Assembly (NCBI GenBank): GCA_050239825.1
Contig: JBFXGO010000001.1
Coordinates: forward strand, 64,001-128,000
From: a bacterium
GTDB taxonomy: Bacteria; Hydrothermota; 32-111
Reading direction: 5' to 3'
DNA length: 64,000 nucleotides
Shown here piece after piece: positions 1-10,071 of this stretch; positions within the stretch are counted from its first letter, which is position 1; the number at the start of each line of letters is the position of its first letter. The notes under the pieces were generated by a model. That model searched no databases. It had not been told where the DNA came from and worked only from the letters and a program-made list of their open reading frames with translations. A program made the translations under genes and the position numbers.

Positions 1-785
1 TTCTCCTCTCCGAGCGCTGCTTCGGCCTCCCTGATATTGTCAACCATAACTCTGAATGACTGCGGATTTAGAGAAAACTTATGGTCGGGGCCGGATAGCG
101 AGTTGTCGAGAGTAAAGTGCTTTTCAATGACAGAGGCTCCGCTCAAAAATGCCGCCACAGGAGCTATCAGCGAAGTAGTGTGGTCTGAAAATCCTGTCAG
201 ACAGCGGTATTTTAACCCCATGTATCTGATATATCTTAAATTCAAACTTTTAATGTCAGCCGGATACTCCGAAACGCAGTGCATAAGAATAACCTTCTTG
301 CTTTCCGATGAGAGAATCTCATAAGCCCTGTCAATTTCCTCCTCGGTTGAAGCTCCGGTGGACATGAGAATCACCTTTTTTGAGAGAGAAACCTTTTTAA
401 GAAGCTTCAGATTGTTGACCTCTCCTGAGCCTATCTTTATTGCAGGAAGGTTCAAAGTCAGAAGAAAATCCAATGACTCTTCCTCATCGGGAGTGGACAT
501 GAATATGATGTTATTTTTAACTGCACACTCTTTCAGTTCTTCAAACTGCCCGTATGAGAGTTCACACCTCTTTATCTCATTAAAAAATGAAATTGTCTTC
601 TGATTCTTTATTATCAGGTTCTCTGCCTTGTATGTCTGGAACTTTATGCAGTCGGCTCCGCTCTCCTTTGCTCTCTTGATAAGCTCCTTTGCCAGCTTCA
701 TATCTCCGTTGTGGTTTATTCCCGCCTCTGCTATAATGAAGGGCGACTGCTTTGAGATGACGCGATTCTTAATCTTTATTATCAA
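1..785 (-). CDS. neuB: N-acetylneuraminate synthase family protein (NeuB/PseI/SpsE), 3' end outside window
   Basis: Not in ORF track; manual translation from TTG (785) after AAGGAG gives MIIKIKNRVISKQSPFIIAEAGINHNGDMKLAKELIKRAKESGADCIKFQTY, the NeuB N-terminal signature. Confidence 0.9.
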   Translation of the reverse strand, partial: MIIKIKNRVISKQSPFIIAEAGINHNGDMKLAKELIKRAKESGADCIKFQTYKAENLIIKNQKTISFFNEIKRCELSYGQFEELKECAVKNNIIFMSTPDEEESLDFLLTLNLPAIKIGSGEVNNLKLLKKVSLSKKVILMSTGASTEEEIDRAYEILSSESKKVILMHCVSEYPADIKSLNLRYIRYMGLKYRCLTGFSDHTTSLIAPVAAFLSGASVIEKHFTLDNSLSGPDHKFSLNPQSFRVMVDNIREAEAALGEE

Positions 786-1059
786 TATACTCCTTTAAAA
801 CAAGTATAAAGAATTGTCGGATTAAGTAAAGAGGGAATATATAAAATGCTATTAAATATATTTATTTCCATTCCAAGTGATTTTCACCCTATAAAAATCT
901 TAATTTATACGTGAATTATCTATATGGATATGAATACTTAATTTTAAATTTGATTTTACTATTCTCACATTTTTAATACTGAGATAATAGTTATTCAGAT
1001 ATAATATATTGATTATTCAGAAAAATAGAAAGAATTGAAAAAAACAAAATGGGGGAAGA

Positions 1060-1644
1060 ATGAAAACTGCAAGTGTGATGTTTCTTGTAATCTGTACTTT
1101 GCTTTGGTTGGGAATTTCCGCAGAATTTATTCAGAGAGATGTAACTTTTCAATCCAATTCGCTTACCTTGAAAGATTCTCTAGGTTACATTTATCTTTCT
1201 CTAACCAGTTGTTCAGATATTAAGTTAACTGATGCCATTGGAAAGCCAATAGTGCCGATAAAGACAATTTCAATTTTAGTTCCGTCTGACGCAGAAAATA
1301 CTGAAATAAGTTATCAAGCGATTAAGAGTGAAACTATTCATATTGAAAATATTCCATTTCCAACACAACCGCCTAAACTTACTCTTGAAACAGAAGATAT
1401 TTTTATTGTTCCAGATTCATCAGTTTATTCATCAGGCGAATTGTATCCCGAGAATAATGGTAAAATGGCAAATATCAGTGAGAAAAATGGCTGGAAAGTA
1501 GTGAAGTCGGATGTTTATCCTATCCAATACATAATGGCTGATAGTCTATTAATATTCATCGAGTCAATTAGTTATAGTGTCTCATATTTAAGAGATGGAA
1601 GTATTACGGAGACTTGTCAAGGAAGTTGTGTAAAGATGGATTAG
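1060..1644 (+). pseudogene. Secreted protein with gingipain-propeptide (Propeptide_C25)-like N-terminus, apparently truncated by an IS256-type end
   Basis: Signal peptide; GKPIVPIKTISILVP, PTQPP, VYSSGELYP and VYPIQY resemble C25 propeptides; no catalytic domain; last 11 codons read through an IS-end-like sequence at 1609. Confidence 0.55.
1609..1635 (+). mobile_element. IS256-family terminal inverted repeat-like sequence
   Basis: GAGACTTGTCAAGGAAGTTGTGTAAAG shares AAGTTGTGTAAA with the IS256 end at 4225 and resembles IS256-family ends. Confidence 0.5.
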
Positions 1645-1859
1645 TATTCATAGGGGAGTTCTCCAAAGAGATTAACGAAGGATTGGCGGAGGTAATATAA
1701 TTTAGCAATGATTTTAGGGTAACCGTTTTTCCATTTAGGTAACGGATATAAATATTAATGAAGAGGATGTCTTCGGATTGGAAGAATCCGCCCTTTTGCT
1801 ATCGCAAAGTACGGTGTGAAATATAATCGTGACCATTACAATACTATTATGCGAACTTC

Positions 1860-1888
1860 TTGACAAAGTGGGCGCAGTACAATAAGAT
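1860..1888 (+). promoter_or_regulatory. sigma70-type promoter
   Basis: TTGACA-N17-TAAGAT about 70 nt upstream of the 1958 start (RBS AGGAGG). Confidence 0.55.
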
Positions 1889-1957
1889 TGAAATGATTAA
1901 TAAAAAGGAGATGGTTTTGAAAAAGAAATTAGAAGGAGTATTCATACAGGAGGAATT

Positions 1958-3820
1958 GTGAAAAAAGTTATTTTCATTATCATTATTATTGTTTCAGCAT
2001 TGTTTATTTTTGCTTCAAATGAGAGAGCATTCAGAGAAGAGGATATGCTTCTTGTTAACTTTGAACAACCTGAAGATTACAATCAACCCAATTGGGCGAC
2101 AGATAGTTTGAATGTAAGGGGAGTAGGGAAATATGATACACCGGGTTATGCATTGGGTGTCTATGTTTCAGGAGATTATGCCTATGTTGGTGATTATGAT
2201 TATGGTTTACAGATAATAGATATCTCAAATCCTTCAAGCCCAACCCTTAAAGGTAGCTATGTTACACCGAGTTATGCAAGGGGTGTCTATGTTTCAGGCA
2301 GTTATGCTTATGTTGCTGATGAGGATTCTGGTTTACAGATAATAGATATCTCAAATCCTTCAAGCCCAACCCTTGCAGGGAGCTATGATACACCGGGTTA
2401 TGCTTATGATGTCTATGTTTCAGGCAGTTATGCCTATGTTGCTGATGTTAATTATGGTTTACAGATAATAGATATCTCAAATCCGAAAAGCCCAACCCTT
2501 GCAGGGAGCTATGATACGGATTGTGCATTGGGAGTCTATGTATCAGGCAGTTATGCCTATGTTGCTGATGATGATTGTGGTTTACAGATAATAGATATCT
2601 CAAATCCTTCAAGCCCAACCCTTGCAGGAAGCTATGATACACCGGGTTATGCTTATGATGTCTATGTTTCAGGCAGTTATGCCTATGTTGCTGATGGTAG
2701 TTCTGGTTTACAGATAATAGATATCTCAAATCCGAAAAGCCCAACCCTTGCAGGTAGCTATGATACATCGGGGAGGGCTTATGGTGTCTATGTTTCAGGC
2801 AGTTATGCCTATGTTGCTGATGAGGGTGATGGTTTACAGATAATAGATATCTCAAATCCTTCAAGCCCAACCCTTGCAGGAAGCTATGATACACCGGGTC
2901 GTGCATTGGGTGTCTATATTTCAGGCGATTATGCCTATGTTGCTGATTATAGCGCATTATATATTTTAGAGTTTGTTCCCGACACTACTTTTCCAAGCGC
3001 ATTTAACCTCATCTCACCGATAGGCAATATAACAGATGACACACCCACATACCTATGGAATAAATCTTATGATGATTATTTTTCCAATTACAAACTCTAT
3101 GTAAACGACACATTGAAAGCGACGATAACAGATACGACATGGACTCAACCGGCGGGACTGACAGATGGCCAGTATGTGTGGTATGTAATTGCATCTGACT
3201 CTGCAGGCAACACAACACAATCAACGCAGAGAGATACATTCTATCTTGATGCAGTTTTACCTACACCACCTGTACTTTTGAGCCCTGCGAATGGCACTAA
3301 TGAAACAGTGCTGAACGCACTAATCTGGAGGAAGTCGACAGATGCGTATCCCGGAATAAGCGGATATAAGGTACAGATAGATGAGGACTCACTCTTTGGA
3401 AGCCCGGACAGTGTATTGACAGCTGACACGAGCTATACACCTGTGTTAACGGAGGGGAGATACTATTGGCGTGTGAAGGCGATAAACCTGTTCAGCCATG
3501 AGAGCGAATGGAGTGCGATGTGGAGCTTTGTTTATGACACTAATCCTACAGGAATAGCAGAGAAGTATCTTGATGAGAAGAGGGTAATACCTGATAGGAC
3601 TGAAGTGATAGTGACAATGACTGAGGTCAGATACACGAATACTGCAATGGAGAACATTTTTGCGGTTTATGACATCACGGGCAATGTTATGCATAGCGAA
3701 GTGAACATCAGGACAGGCAAGCACAGCTACTCAACAGAACACCTTTCATCAGGCATATACTTCATAAGATTCAGAGATGGAGAGGCACAGATAAACAGAA
3801 AGATGGTGATAATAAGGTAG
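1958..3820 (+). CDS. Secreted LVIVD-repeat beta-propeller protein with Ig/Fn3-like domains and T9SS-type C-terminal sorting domain
   Basis: Signal peptide; 7 repeats of about 42 aa (YDTPG..VYVSGSYAYVAD..GLQIIDISNP); C-terminus YDITG...LSSGIYFIR...KMVIIR. Confidence 0.85.
   Translation: MKKVIFIIIIIVSALFIFASNERAFREEDMLLVNFEQPEDYNQPNWATDSLNVRGVGKYDTPGYALGVYVSGDYAYVGDYDYGLQIIDISNPSSPTLKGSYVTPSYARGVYVSGSYAYVADEDSGLQIIDISNPSSPTLAGSYDTPGYAYDVYVSGSYAYVADVNYGLQIIDISNPKSPTLAGSYDTDCALGVYVSGSYAYVADDDCGLQIIDISNPSSPTLAGSYDTPGYAYDVYVSGSYAYVADGSSGLQIIDISNPKSPTLAGSYDTSGRAYGVYVSGSYAYVADEGDGLQIIDISNPSSPTLAGSYDTPGRALGVYISGDYAYVADYSALYILEFVPDTTFPSAFNLISPIGNITDDTPTYLWNKSYDDYFSNYKLYVNDTLKATITDTTWTQPAGLTDGQYVWYVIASDSAGNTTQSTQRDTFYLDAVLPTPPVLLSPANGTNETVLNALIWRKSTDAYPGISGYKVQIDEDSLFGSPDSVLTADTSYTPVLTEGRYYWRVKAINLFSHESEWSAMWSFVYDTNPTGIAEKYLDEKRVIPDRTEVIVTMTEVRYTNTAMENIFAVYDITGNVMHSEVNIRTGKHSYSTEHLSSGIYFIRFRDGEAQINRKMVIIR
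2132..2972 (+). repeat. Intragenic ~126-bp tandem repeat (7 LVIVD units, last one partial)
   Basis: Near-identical DNA blocks, e.g. ggtttacagataatagatatctcaaatcc recurs every 123-126 nt. Confidence 0.95.
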
Positions 3821-3856
3821 AACGGAAAAAGGTAAAAGAGAAAGCAGTTTTCCCGC

Positions 3857-3896
3857 AGAGGGCGGTTTAAGTTTAAAAGCCGCCCTCTCTCTTTTT
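3857..3896 (+). terminator. Intrinsic terminator
   Basis: AGAGGGCGGTTT/AAAGCCGCCCTCT hairpin followed by a pyrimidine/T tract after the 3820 stop. Confidence 0.65.
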
Positions 3897-4225
3897 CCCC
3901 CGAGTTGTTCCAAGTTCCCGCTCAATATACCCATTAGCATAATCATCATTGCTTGACAGATATATCTCTCGCTCACTCTTCATAATTCGGTTCAATGTCT
4001 CCCTCCAATAACAACCGCAAAGAACTGTTGCTTAATTCATTAATGTCAGCTATAATATCTTTTGGTAGGGACTCTTTAGGGTTCATTGGGTTCCTCCATG
4101 TAAAAGTTTTTGTTCGCTTTTTGGAGAGAGTCTGCATACTCTCTCCAAACCTCTTTCAGTCTCCTTCTCATTAATCTTATTATATTCCACTTCTATTAAT
4201 TTTACACAACTTTTATTATACTCCC
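3893..4225 (-). mobile_element. Truncated IS256-family element (left end plus frameshifted transposase N-terminus)
   Basis: Minus strand starts GGGAGTATAATAAAAGTTGTGTAAA at 4225; ATG at 4086 after GGAGG; with one frameshift reads ...LEETLNRIMKSEREIYLSSNDDYANGYIERELGTTRGK, matching the IS256 ER..YL...NGY..R.L.T..G motif. Confidence 0.75.
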
Positions 4226-4227
4226 GT

Positions 4228-4608
4228 ATTGAACTGGAGTGCAAGGTCGGCAAGGATACAAGAGTAGCCAGAGTTGAATGCTATGAATATGATGAGGTGG
4301 ACTCAGAAACCTTGACACAGCTTGGTAAAGGGAATAGAATAAAACTTAACGAAGAGAGAGAGAAGGAAGCGGTGAGCAATATTGCGAAGAACGGACTTGT
4401 ATCTTATGAGGTAATGCAGTCAGGAATAGGAGACATCGAAGTGATAGACATAACAGGCAGAGTAGTGCTGAAAGAGACAGAGAAAATAAAGAAGGGAAAG
4501 AATCAGATAAGAGTGTCAACAGAAGGAATAAGCAGTGGGATTTACTTTTACAGATTGAGAAAAGAGGGGACTGAAACAATGAGTGGAAAGATAACAGTAA
4601 TAAAGTAA
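4228..4608 (+). pseudogene. 3' fragment of a CTD-bearing secreted protein, 5' part lost at the IS256 end
   Basis: Frame is open back to the IS boundary (IELECKVGKDTRVARVECYEYDEV...); no signal peptide; ends IDITGR...SSGIYFY...GKITVIK. Confidence 0.7.
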
Positions 4609-4630
4609 AAAGCGACAGACAAAGTAGAGA

Positions 4631-6490
4631 ATGAAAAGATTAAAGGAATTAACAGTGCTGTTAGTACTACTGACAGCACTGGTTGTACAGACAGAAGATT
4701 TTCAGATAAGACAGACTCTTGATGTAGGAAATGGCAGTCCGTCAGATTTTATAAGCGTAAAGTATATGCAATTGAAAAATAATGAATTTGTGTTAAATTA
4801 TATGTTACCCCCTTTATATAGTTACAACTCAAACATATACTATTATGATACTACTTCAAATTGGTTTGACACAATAGCAACGTTTGCCGATGGTTATATT
4901 TTTTATTCAGGGGATTATGATCTAGATGGTAAATTGGATTTACTTGGTATGACAGTTATTGATTCAAGTGCAATATCAATAATTGAGCAGTCTGACACAG
5001 ATAGTATTCATAAAGAGATAACATGGACATGTGGCGATTCTACGTTTCCCGGGGAGTTTCACACGCTTGGTTCAACTAAGCTGATAAAGAATGACGGCGT
5101 AGACAGAATATACGGAGCCCCTAATCCATACACAACAGTAAGCGAGTCATACGGTTGGTTCTATATGGAGAGCGACAGCGATAACAGCTACTATTTTGCA
5201 TATGAGGATACATTCAATAGAAAAGTTTATGTAATGGATATCGGATACTTAGATAAAGACAGTATGCTTGATGTAATAACAATGACACATCTTGGACATA
5301 AAGTGTACGAATCAAAAGATATGAACCAAGATTCGTTTGTATCAGTATTTGACACAACAAAGGGTGGTTCACAATATTTAAAAATAATAGGTGATATAGA
5401 CAAAGATGGTAATACAGATTATATTACGGGTGGGTTGGCATTTGCCCAGTCACCTGCGGAGTGGGCACATATAATATTTGAAAATGATGCAGATAATCAT
5501 TATTATACGAAGTGGGATCACCGAATCCAGAAGGACTACGGACCAGAAAGCGCATCATTCAGCGGCTGCGGAGGGGACTATGGCGACATAGACGGAGACG
5601 GACAAGATGAATTGGTGCTTTGCGCGGGTAGCATAATAGAGGTGTTTGAGGTGGCAGGAGATGACAGCTTTGAGATGATATGGAGCATGGACAATGACAC
5701 ATTCTCAGGGAGCCATGTATTGGTATATGACTTCACGGGCAATGGCAGAGCTGAAATAATCTGGACAGGCCAGTCAGACCCCCAGCTGCCATTGACTTAT
5801 GATATGGAGGTAATGAAGACATACATAATAGAATGGGATACTTTGTATGATGAAAACAAACCCACACTTGACTCGGCAGTGGCTTATGAGGGGACAGTGG
5901 TGGGAGACGGGATAGATGAGGATGATATAGTGGGCCTGTATTTTAATAGAAGCATGGATACCTGCACAGTGAACAGAGGGAACATAGATGAAGTATTGAA
6001 ACTGAGCAATAGCCATACATGGCTTGACGGGATAGACAGCTTGGGAGCGGTGTGGTGGAACACAGCGAGGGACAGGATGTTTATAAAGTTTAAGACGAAT
6101 ACAGATAAACCTACGATAGCAGTAGGAGATACAATAAGCCCTGATAGTATAACCATAAACGGGAGCGAGCCATACAGATACCCTTGCTATAATGAGGTGA
6201 TACTCAGAGGCGACTTTGGGCCGACAGGGACGGAAGAAAGCCGTGAGATAAAAGATGTTGCAGAGTTACAGAGTATCAGAGTAACAGGTTGTAAGACAAT
6301 AGAGTGGAATACAAATGAAGAAGCAACATTAACAGTTTATGACATATCAGGAAGAGAATTAATTAAAGAGGAATCAGAGACAACAGGCGAACACAAGACA
6401 GACATCAAACACTTGAAGAATGGGATATACTTTATAAAATTGAAAACAGAAAAAAACACAATTACAACAAAACAATTAATAATAAGGTGA
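4631..6490 (+). CDS. Secreted FG-GAP/VCBS-like repeat protein with T9SS-type CTD
   Basis: Signal peptide; GDYDLDGKLDL, GDIDKDGNTDY, GDIDGDGQDEL, DFTGNGRAEI Ca-loops; C-terminus YDISGR...GIYFIK...KQLIIR. Confidence 0.8.
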   Translation: MKRLKELTVLLVLLTALVVQTEDFQIRQTLDVGNGSPSDFISVKYMQLKNNEFVLNYMLPPLYSYNSNIYYYDTTSNWFDTIATFADGYIFYSGDYDLDGKLDLLGMTVIDSSAISIIEQSDTDSIHKEITWTCGDSTFPGEFHTLGSTKLIKNDGVDRIYGAPNPYTTVSESYGWFYMESDSDNSYYFAYEDTFNRKVYVMDIGYLDKDSMLDVITMTHLGHKVYESKDMNQDSFVSVFDTTKGGSQYLKIIGDIDKDGNTDYITGGLAFAQSPAEWAHIIFENDADNHYYTKWDHRIQKDYGPESASFSGCGGDYGDIDGDGQDELVLCAGSIIEVFEVAGDDSFEMIWSMDNDTFSGSHVLVYDFTGNGRAEIIWTGQSDPQLPLTYDMEVMKTYIIEWDTLYDENKPTLDSAVAYEGTVVGDGIDEDDIVGLYFNRSMDTCTVNRGNIDEVLKLSNSHTWLDGIDSLGAVWWNTARDRMFIKFKTNTDKPTIAVGDTISPDSITINGSEPYRYPCYNEVILRGDFGPTGTEESREIKDVAELQSIRVTGCKTIEWNTNEEATLTVYDISGRELIKEESETTGEHKTDIKHLKNGIYFIKLKTEKNTITTKQLIIR

Positions 6491-6497
6491 TAAACAA

Positions 6498-6916
6498 ATG
6501 AAATGTCAATTAAAGAATTCAAGTGTTGTAGTAAGCATAGACAGGAAGATGGGCAACCCAGACAGGGTTGCAGAGATGGAGATACGGAAGTATGATGAAG
6601 TGACAAATGTGTCAATACTCGGAAGTGCCATGGTTAAAATGATTACAGAGAAGAAGGGAATAAAAGAGCATGTGAAGATAAAGACAATGAGCAAAGGCCT
6701 GATAGAGATGACAATAGAAGGAGACAGCGGCGGGAATCTTGAGATGGAGATATATGATTTCGCGGCAGAAGGACAATGAAAGAGGCTTTCAAAAATCTAA
6801 AAAACGGATATAATGAAATGAGTATGGATGCAAATGAATTGTCGGCGGGTATTTACTTTTATAAAGTAAGCACTGGAAACAGTATGTATGAAGGAAAAAT
6901 AACTTTGATTAAGTGA
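6498..6916 (+). pseudogene. Frameshifted fragment of a CTD-bearing protein, paralogous to 4228-4608
   Basis: Restoring one base near 6765 gives IYDFAGRRTMKEAFKNLKNGYNEMSMDANELSAGIYFYKVSTGNSMYEGKITLIK*; N-part DRVAEMEIRKYDEV resembles TRVARVECYEYDEV. Confidence 0.7.
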
Positions 6917-6950
6917 ATAATTATAAGCAGATGGAAAATAAATTATAAAA

Positions 6951-8735
6951 ATGAAAAGCAAAAACGGCATCATCATCATTATCGGATTTATTGTCCTCGC
7001 CCTTCTTACTCTTGCGCTTATGACGAGCATCATCCTCGATTACAAGGGCAGAATGAGGAACATTACAGATAACTACATACGGCTTGGCAATTCCTTGTCA
7101 CAAACCATATCCATGACATACTCTTTCAGCGACTCAATATCATACAAGCTTGAGGATTTCATCTATGAAAACATGACAAATGAACTTTTCACACACAAAG
7201 AGAAATACAGCATGGCCGAGGATATGCCGTTTATTGTTAATGACACACTCTCTCAGGGGTTTTACTTTTCACCAAAGAGCAATGACGAATATTATGCCGT
7301 GACTCTCTTTGAAAACAGGAATGTCTATGAAATAAAAAGGATAAAAAAGGATTTGACGGGAATATCTCTTGGAGGAGGCATCGGACAGTACATCAAAAAT
7401 CTTGAATGGCTCTCTTCTGTCGAGTATGTCGCGATACAGGACATGAATGGAATCCTGACAGCCACGGGAAATGTGTCGGAACTTTCAGCGATATATTTGG
7501 ACTCAATGCTCCTGTTTGCCATGGTCGAACATGAGCCGATTTTGAGGGAGAGTGATTTCAACGGGCAGACAATAAGAGAGTATGTGCATCCTATAGAGAA
7601 TACGGATAAACTATTAAGGATAGGCTTCAAGAATGCAGATATTGAAAGCGCAGTGAGGTCGCAGAAGAGAGTCCTATTTACAGGAATGCTTATGGTCATA
7701 CTCTTCTCTTCGTTTGCTTTTTTTATGTTTTTTTACTACTACAAGGCGCTTTCCCTTTCAGGCAAAATAATAGAGAGGGAGAGAAGACTCTCAAGCATCT
7801 TCAAAATAACAAAGGATCCCATGATAGTCAAAGGAAACGCAGGCATAGAGATGAATAAAGCCGCAGAAGAAATATTCAAAACCAAGGAAGAATTGATCGG
7901 AAATGAAAAGCTTATGGCCATTCTCTCATCAGAGAGAGAGAGAATAAACGAACCGGTGGTGATTGATAACAGAAAGATGCTGGCTTCCGCAGTACACTCC
8001 GATGACAAAATGGAATCAATACTTATACTAAACGATATTACGGAGATAGAGAACCTTAAAGAAGAGAATGAGAAAAAGGAGAGGCGCTCAATGCTTGGAG
8101 AGTTGTCATTTAAGATAGCGCACGAGCTTAAAAATCCGCTTAACGGAATTTCGATTATACTTCAGAGGATTTCAAGAAGAGATACAGTAACTGAAGAAGA
8201 GAAGGAGATGCTGAAAGAAGCATTCAATGAAGTTGAGAGGATGAACAAAAAAATAGTGGATTTCATGAGGTACTCTAAACCGGGCGAGTACAGGTTTGAA
8301 AAAGCAAAACTCGAATACTTGGCGCGCAATGCAGGCGAGCCTCTGAAGCCGATGCTTGACGAGAAGAATATTATTCTTGAAATAAAGCAATTTAATGAAG
8401 AGGAGACTGTCTGCGACATTGACTACATGATAATGGCAATAAGAAACATAATCCTGAATTCTATCGAGGCGTCAGAGAAAAATTCAAAAATTGAAGTGTA
8501 TCCCGCAGAAAACAAAAGAGGGATAACAGTAAGGGATTACGGCTGCGGCATCAAGAAAGAGAATCTGGAAAGAATCTTTGACCTTTATTTTACAACAAAG
8601 GAGAACGGAAGCGGAGTGGGGCTTGCCACGGCATTCAAGATAATAAAGGAGAATGGAGGCGGGATAGATATAGAATCAAGAGAAGGAGAGGGCACAAAGG
8701 CGACAGTATATTTCAAGGAGATGAATAATGGCTGA
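6951..8735 (+). CDS. Membrane sensor histidine kinase (ZraS/AtoS-like)
   Basis: Two TM segments; H-box IAHELKNPL; N-box NIILNSIEA; DYGCGI, FTTK, GSGVGL. Confidence 0.92.
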   Translation: MKSKNGIIIIIGFIVLALLTLALMTSIILDYKGRMRNITDNYIRLGNSLSQTISMTYSFSDSISYKLEDFIYENMTNELFTHKEKYSMAEDMPFIVNDTLSQGFYFSPKSNDEYYAVTLFENRNVYEIKRIKKDLTGISLGGGIGQYIKNLEWLSSVEYVAIQDMNGILTATGNVSELSAIYLDSMLLFAMVEHEPILRESDFNGQTIREYVHPIENTDKLLRIGFKNADIESAVRSQKRVLFTGMLMVILFSSFAFFMFFYYYKALSLSGKIIERERRLSSIFKITKDPMIVKGNAGIEMNKAAEEIFKTKEELIGNEKLMAILSSERERINEPVVIDNRKMLASAVHSDDKMESILILNDITEIENLKEENEKKERRSMLGELSFKIAHELKNPLNGISIILQRISRRDTVTEEEKEMLKEAFNEVERMNKKIVDFMRYSKPGEYRFEKAKLEYLARNAGEPLKPMLDEKNIILEIKQFNEEETVCDIDYMIMAIRNIILNSIEASEKNSKIEVYPAENKRGITVRDYGCGIKKENLERIFDLYFTTKENGSGVGLATAFKIIKENGGGIDIESREGEGTKATVYFKEMNNG

Positions 8736-10062
8736 TATCTTGGTGATTGATGATGAAAATGTGCAGAGAAAGAATATAGCGGAATTTTTAAAGTCCGTAG
8801 GACACAATGTCTCTCAATCTGACGGAGTCGCCCGGACAAAGGCGATACTGAAAGAGCAGGAGTTTGATATTGTAATTTCGGACATGAGGATGAAGGATGG
8901 GAGCGGAAAGGATATACTTGATTTTATGAAAGAGGTGAAATCAAAAGCATTCTTCATTCTCGTCACCGCATATGCCTCTGTCGAAGATTCAATCTATGTG
9001 CTTAAAAACGGAGGTTACGACTATATACAGAAACCGGTCAATTTGGATGACCTTGAAAGGAAGGTGACGAACATCAGCGGAATGATAACGGCAAATGACG
9101 AACTTTCGCTTCTTAAGAATGAAAAGAAAATTGAAGAGAGAGAAATTCTCTTTTTGTCCGAAAAGATGAAGAATGTCATCGATATGGCAGAGAGAGTCGC
9201 GGATACAAAAGCGCCTGTTATGATATTCGGAGAATCGGGAACGGGAAAGGAGCTTGTGGCTCGTCTTCTGCACGAAAAGAGTTCGAGAAAAAATAATATA
9301 TTTGTCGGTGTAAACTGCGGCGCATTGAATGAAAACCTGCTTGAGAGCGAACTTTTCGGATATGAGAAGGGAGCATTCACAGGAGCGCAGGAGAGGAGAA
9401 AGGGCAGATTCGAGATAGCCAACAAGGGAACGATATTCCTTGACGAAGTGGGAGACATCTCTCTTAACATGCAAGTCAAACTGCTCAGAGTGCTTCAAGA
9501 GGGAGAATTCGAAAGGGTAGGCGGCAACACACCCATCAAAACAGATGTAAGGATAATAACTGCGACCCACAGAAACATTGAGCAGATGATGAAGGATAAA
9601 TTGTTCAGAGAGGACCTTTACTTCCGTCTGAATGTGGTCAGCCTTGAAATCCCGAAGTTGTCTGAAAGAAAAGAAGACATAATGCTTCTGTCAGAGCATT
9701 TTTTGAAAGTATACTGCGCGGAAAATCAGAGGAAAATTTCCGGCTTTTCCAAGAGGGCAACAGAGAAACTTATGGAGTATGATTATCCGGGAAATGTGAG
9801 GGAGCTTCAGAATATAGTCCAGAGAGCCGTAATACTTTCTAAAGGAATTGAAATTGAAGATGATGATATTGTCATAAAACACATGCCGGCTCCAGTTGAA
9901 ACCGGTGAAGGCTCTCTTGAAGATATGGTGGAAAGAATGGAAAAGAAAAGGATAGCCGAATCACTGAAAAAGAATTTAAATTCGGTCAGAAAAACTGCGG
10001 AGGAATTGAAGGTCACAGAGAGAGTTTTAAGATATAAGATGGAAAAATACAATCTAAACTGA
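8728..10062 (+). CDS. Sigma-54-dependent response regulator (NtrC/ZraR/AtoC family)
   Basis: Receiver (VIDD...SDMRM), [42 protein letters not shown]-terminal HTH. Confidence 0.95.
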   Translation: MADILVIDDENVQRKNIAEFLKSVGHNVSQSDGVARTKAILKEQEFDIVISDMRMKDGSGKDILDFMKEVKSKAFFILVTAYASVEDSIYVLKNGGYDYIQKPVNLDDLERKVTNISGMITANDELSLLKNEKKIEEREILFLSEKMKNVIDMAERVADTKAPVMIFGESGTGKELVARLLHEKSSRKNNIFVGVNCGALNENLLESELFGYEKGAFTGAQERRKGRFEIANKGTIFLDEVGDISLNMQVKLLRVLQEGEFERVGGNTPIKTDVRIITATHRNIEQMMKDKLFREDLYFRLNVVSLEIPKLSERKEDIMLLSEHFLKVYCAENQRKISGFSKRATEKLMEYDYPGNVRELQNIVQRAVILSKGIEIEDDDIVIKHMPAPVETGEGSLEDMVERMEKKRIAESLKKNLNSVRKTAEELKVTERVLRYKMEKYNLN

Positions 10063-10071
10063 GAGGAGAAT

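Noticed and set aside
37..603. Plus-strand ORFs 37-324 and 358-603
   Set aside because: Antisense to the neuB-family gene
2448..2957. His/Gln-rich repetitive minus-strand ORF
   Set aside because: Antisense shadow of the LVIVD repeats
2132..2972. Diversity-generating retroelement acting on the LVIVD repeats
   Set aside because: No reverse transcriptase or separate template repeat in the window; differences include an indel and non-adenine changes
4122..4149. TTTGGAGAGAGT/ACTCTCTCCAAA hairpin as an independent terminator or ncRNA
   Set aside because: Lies inside the IS256 left end upstream of the transposase start; best treated as part of the IS remnant
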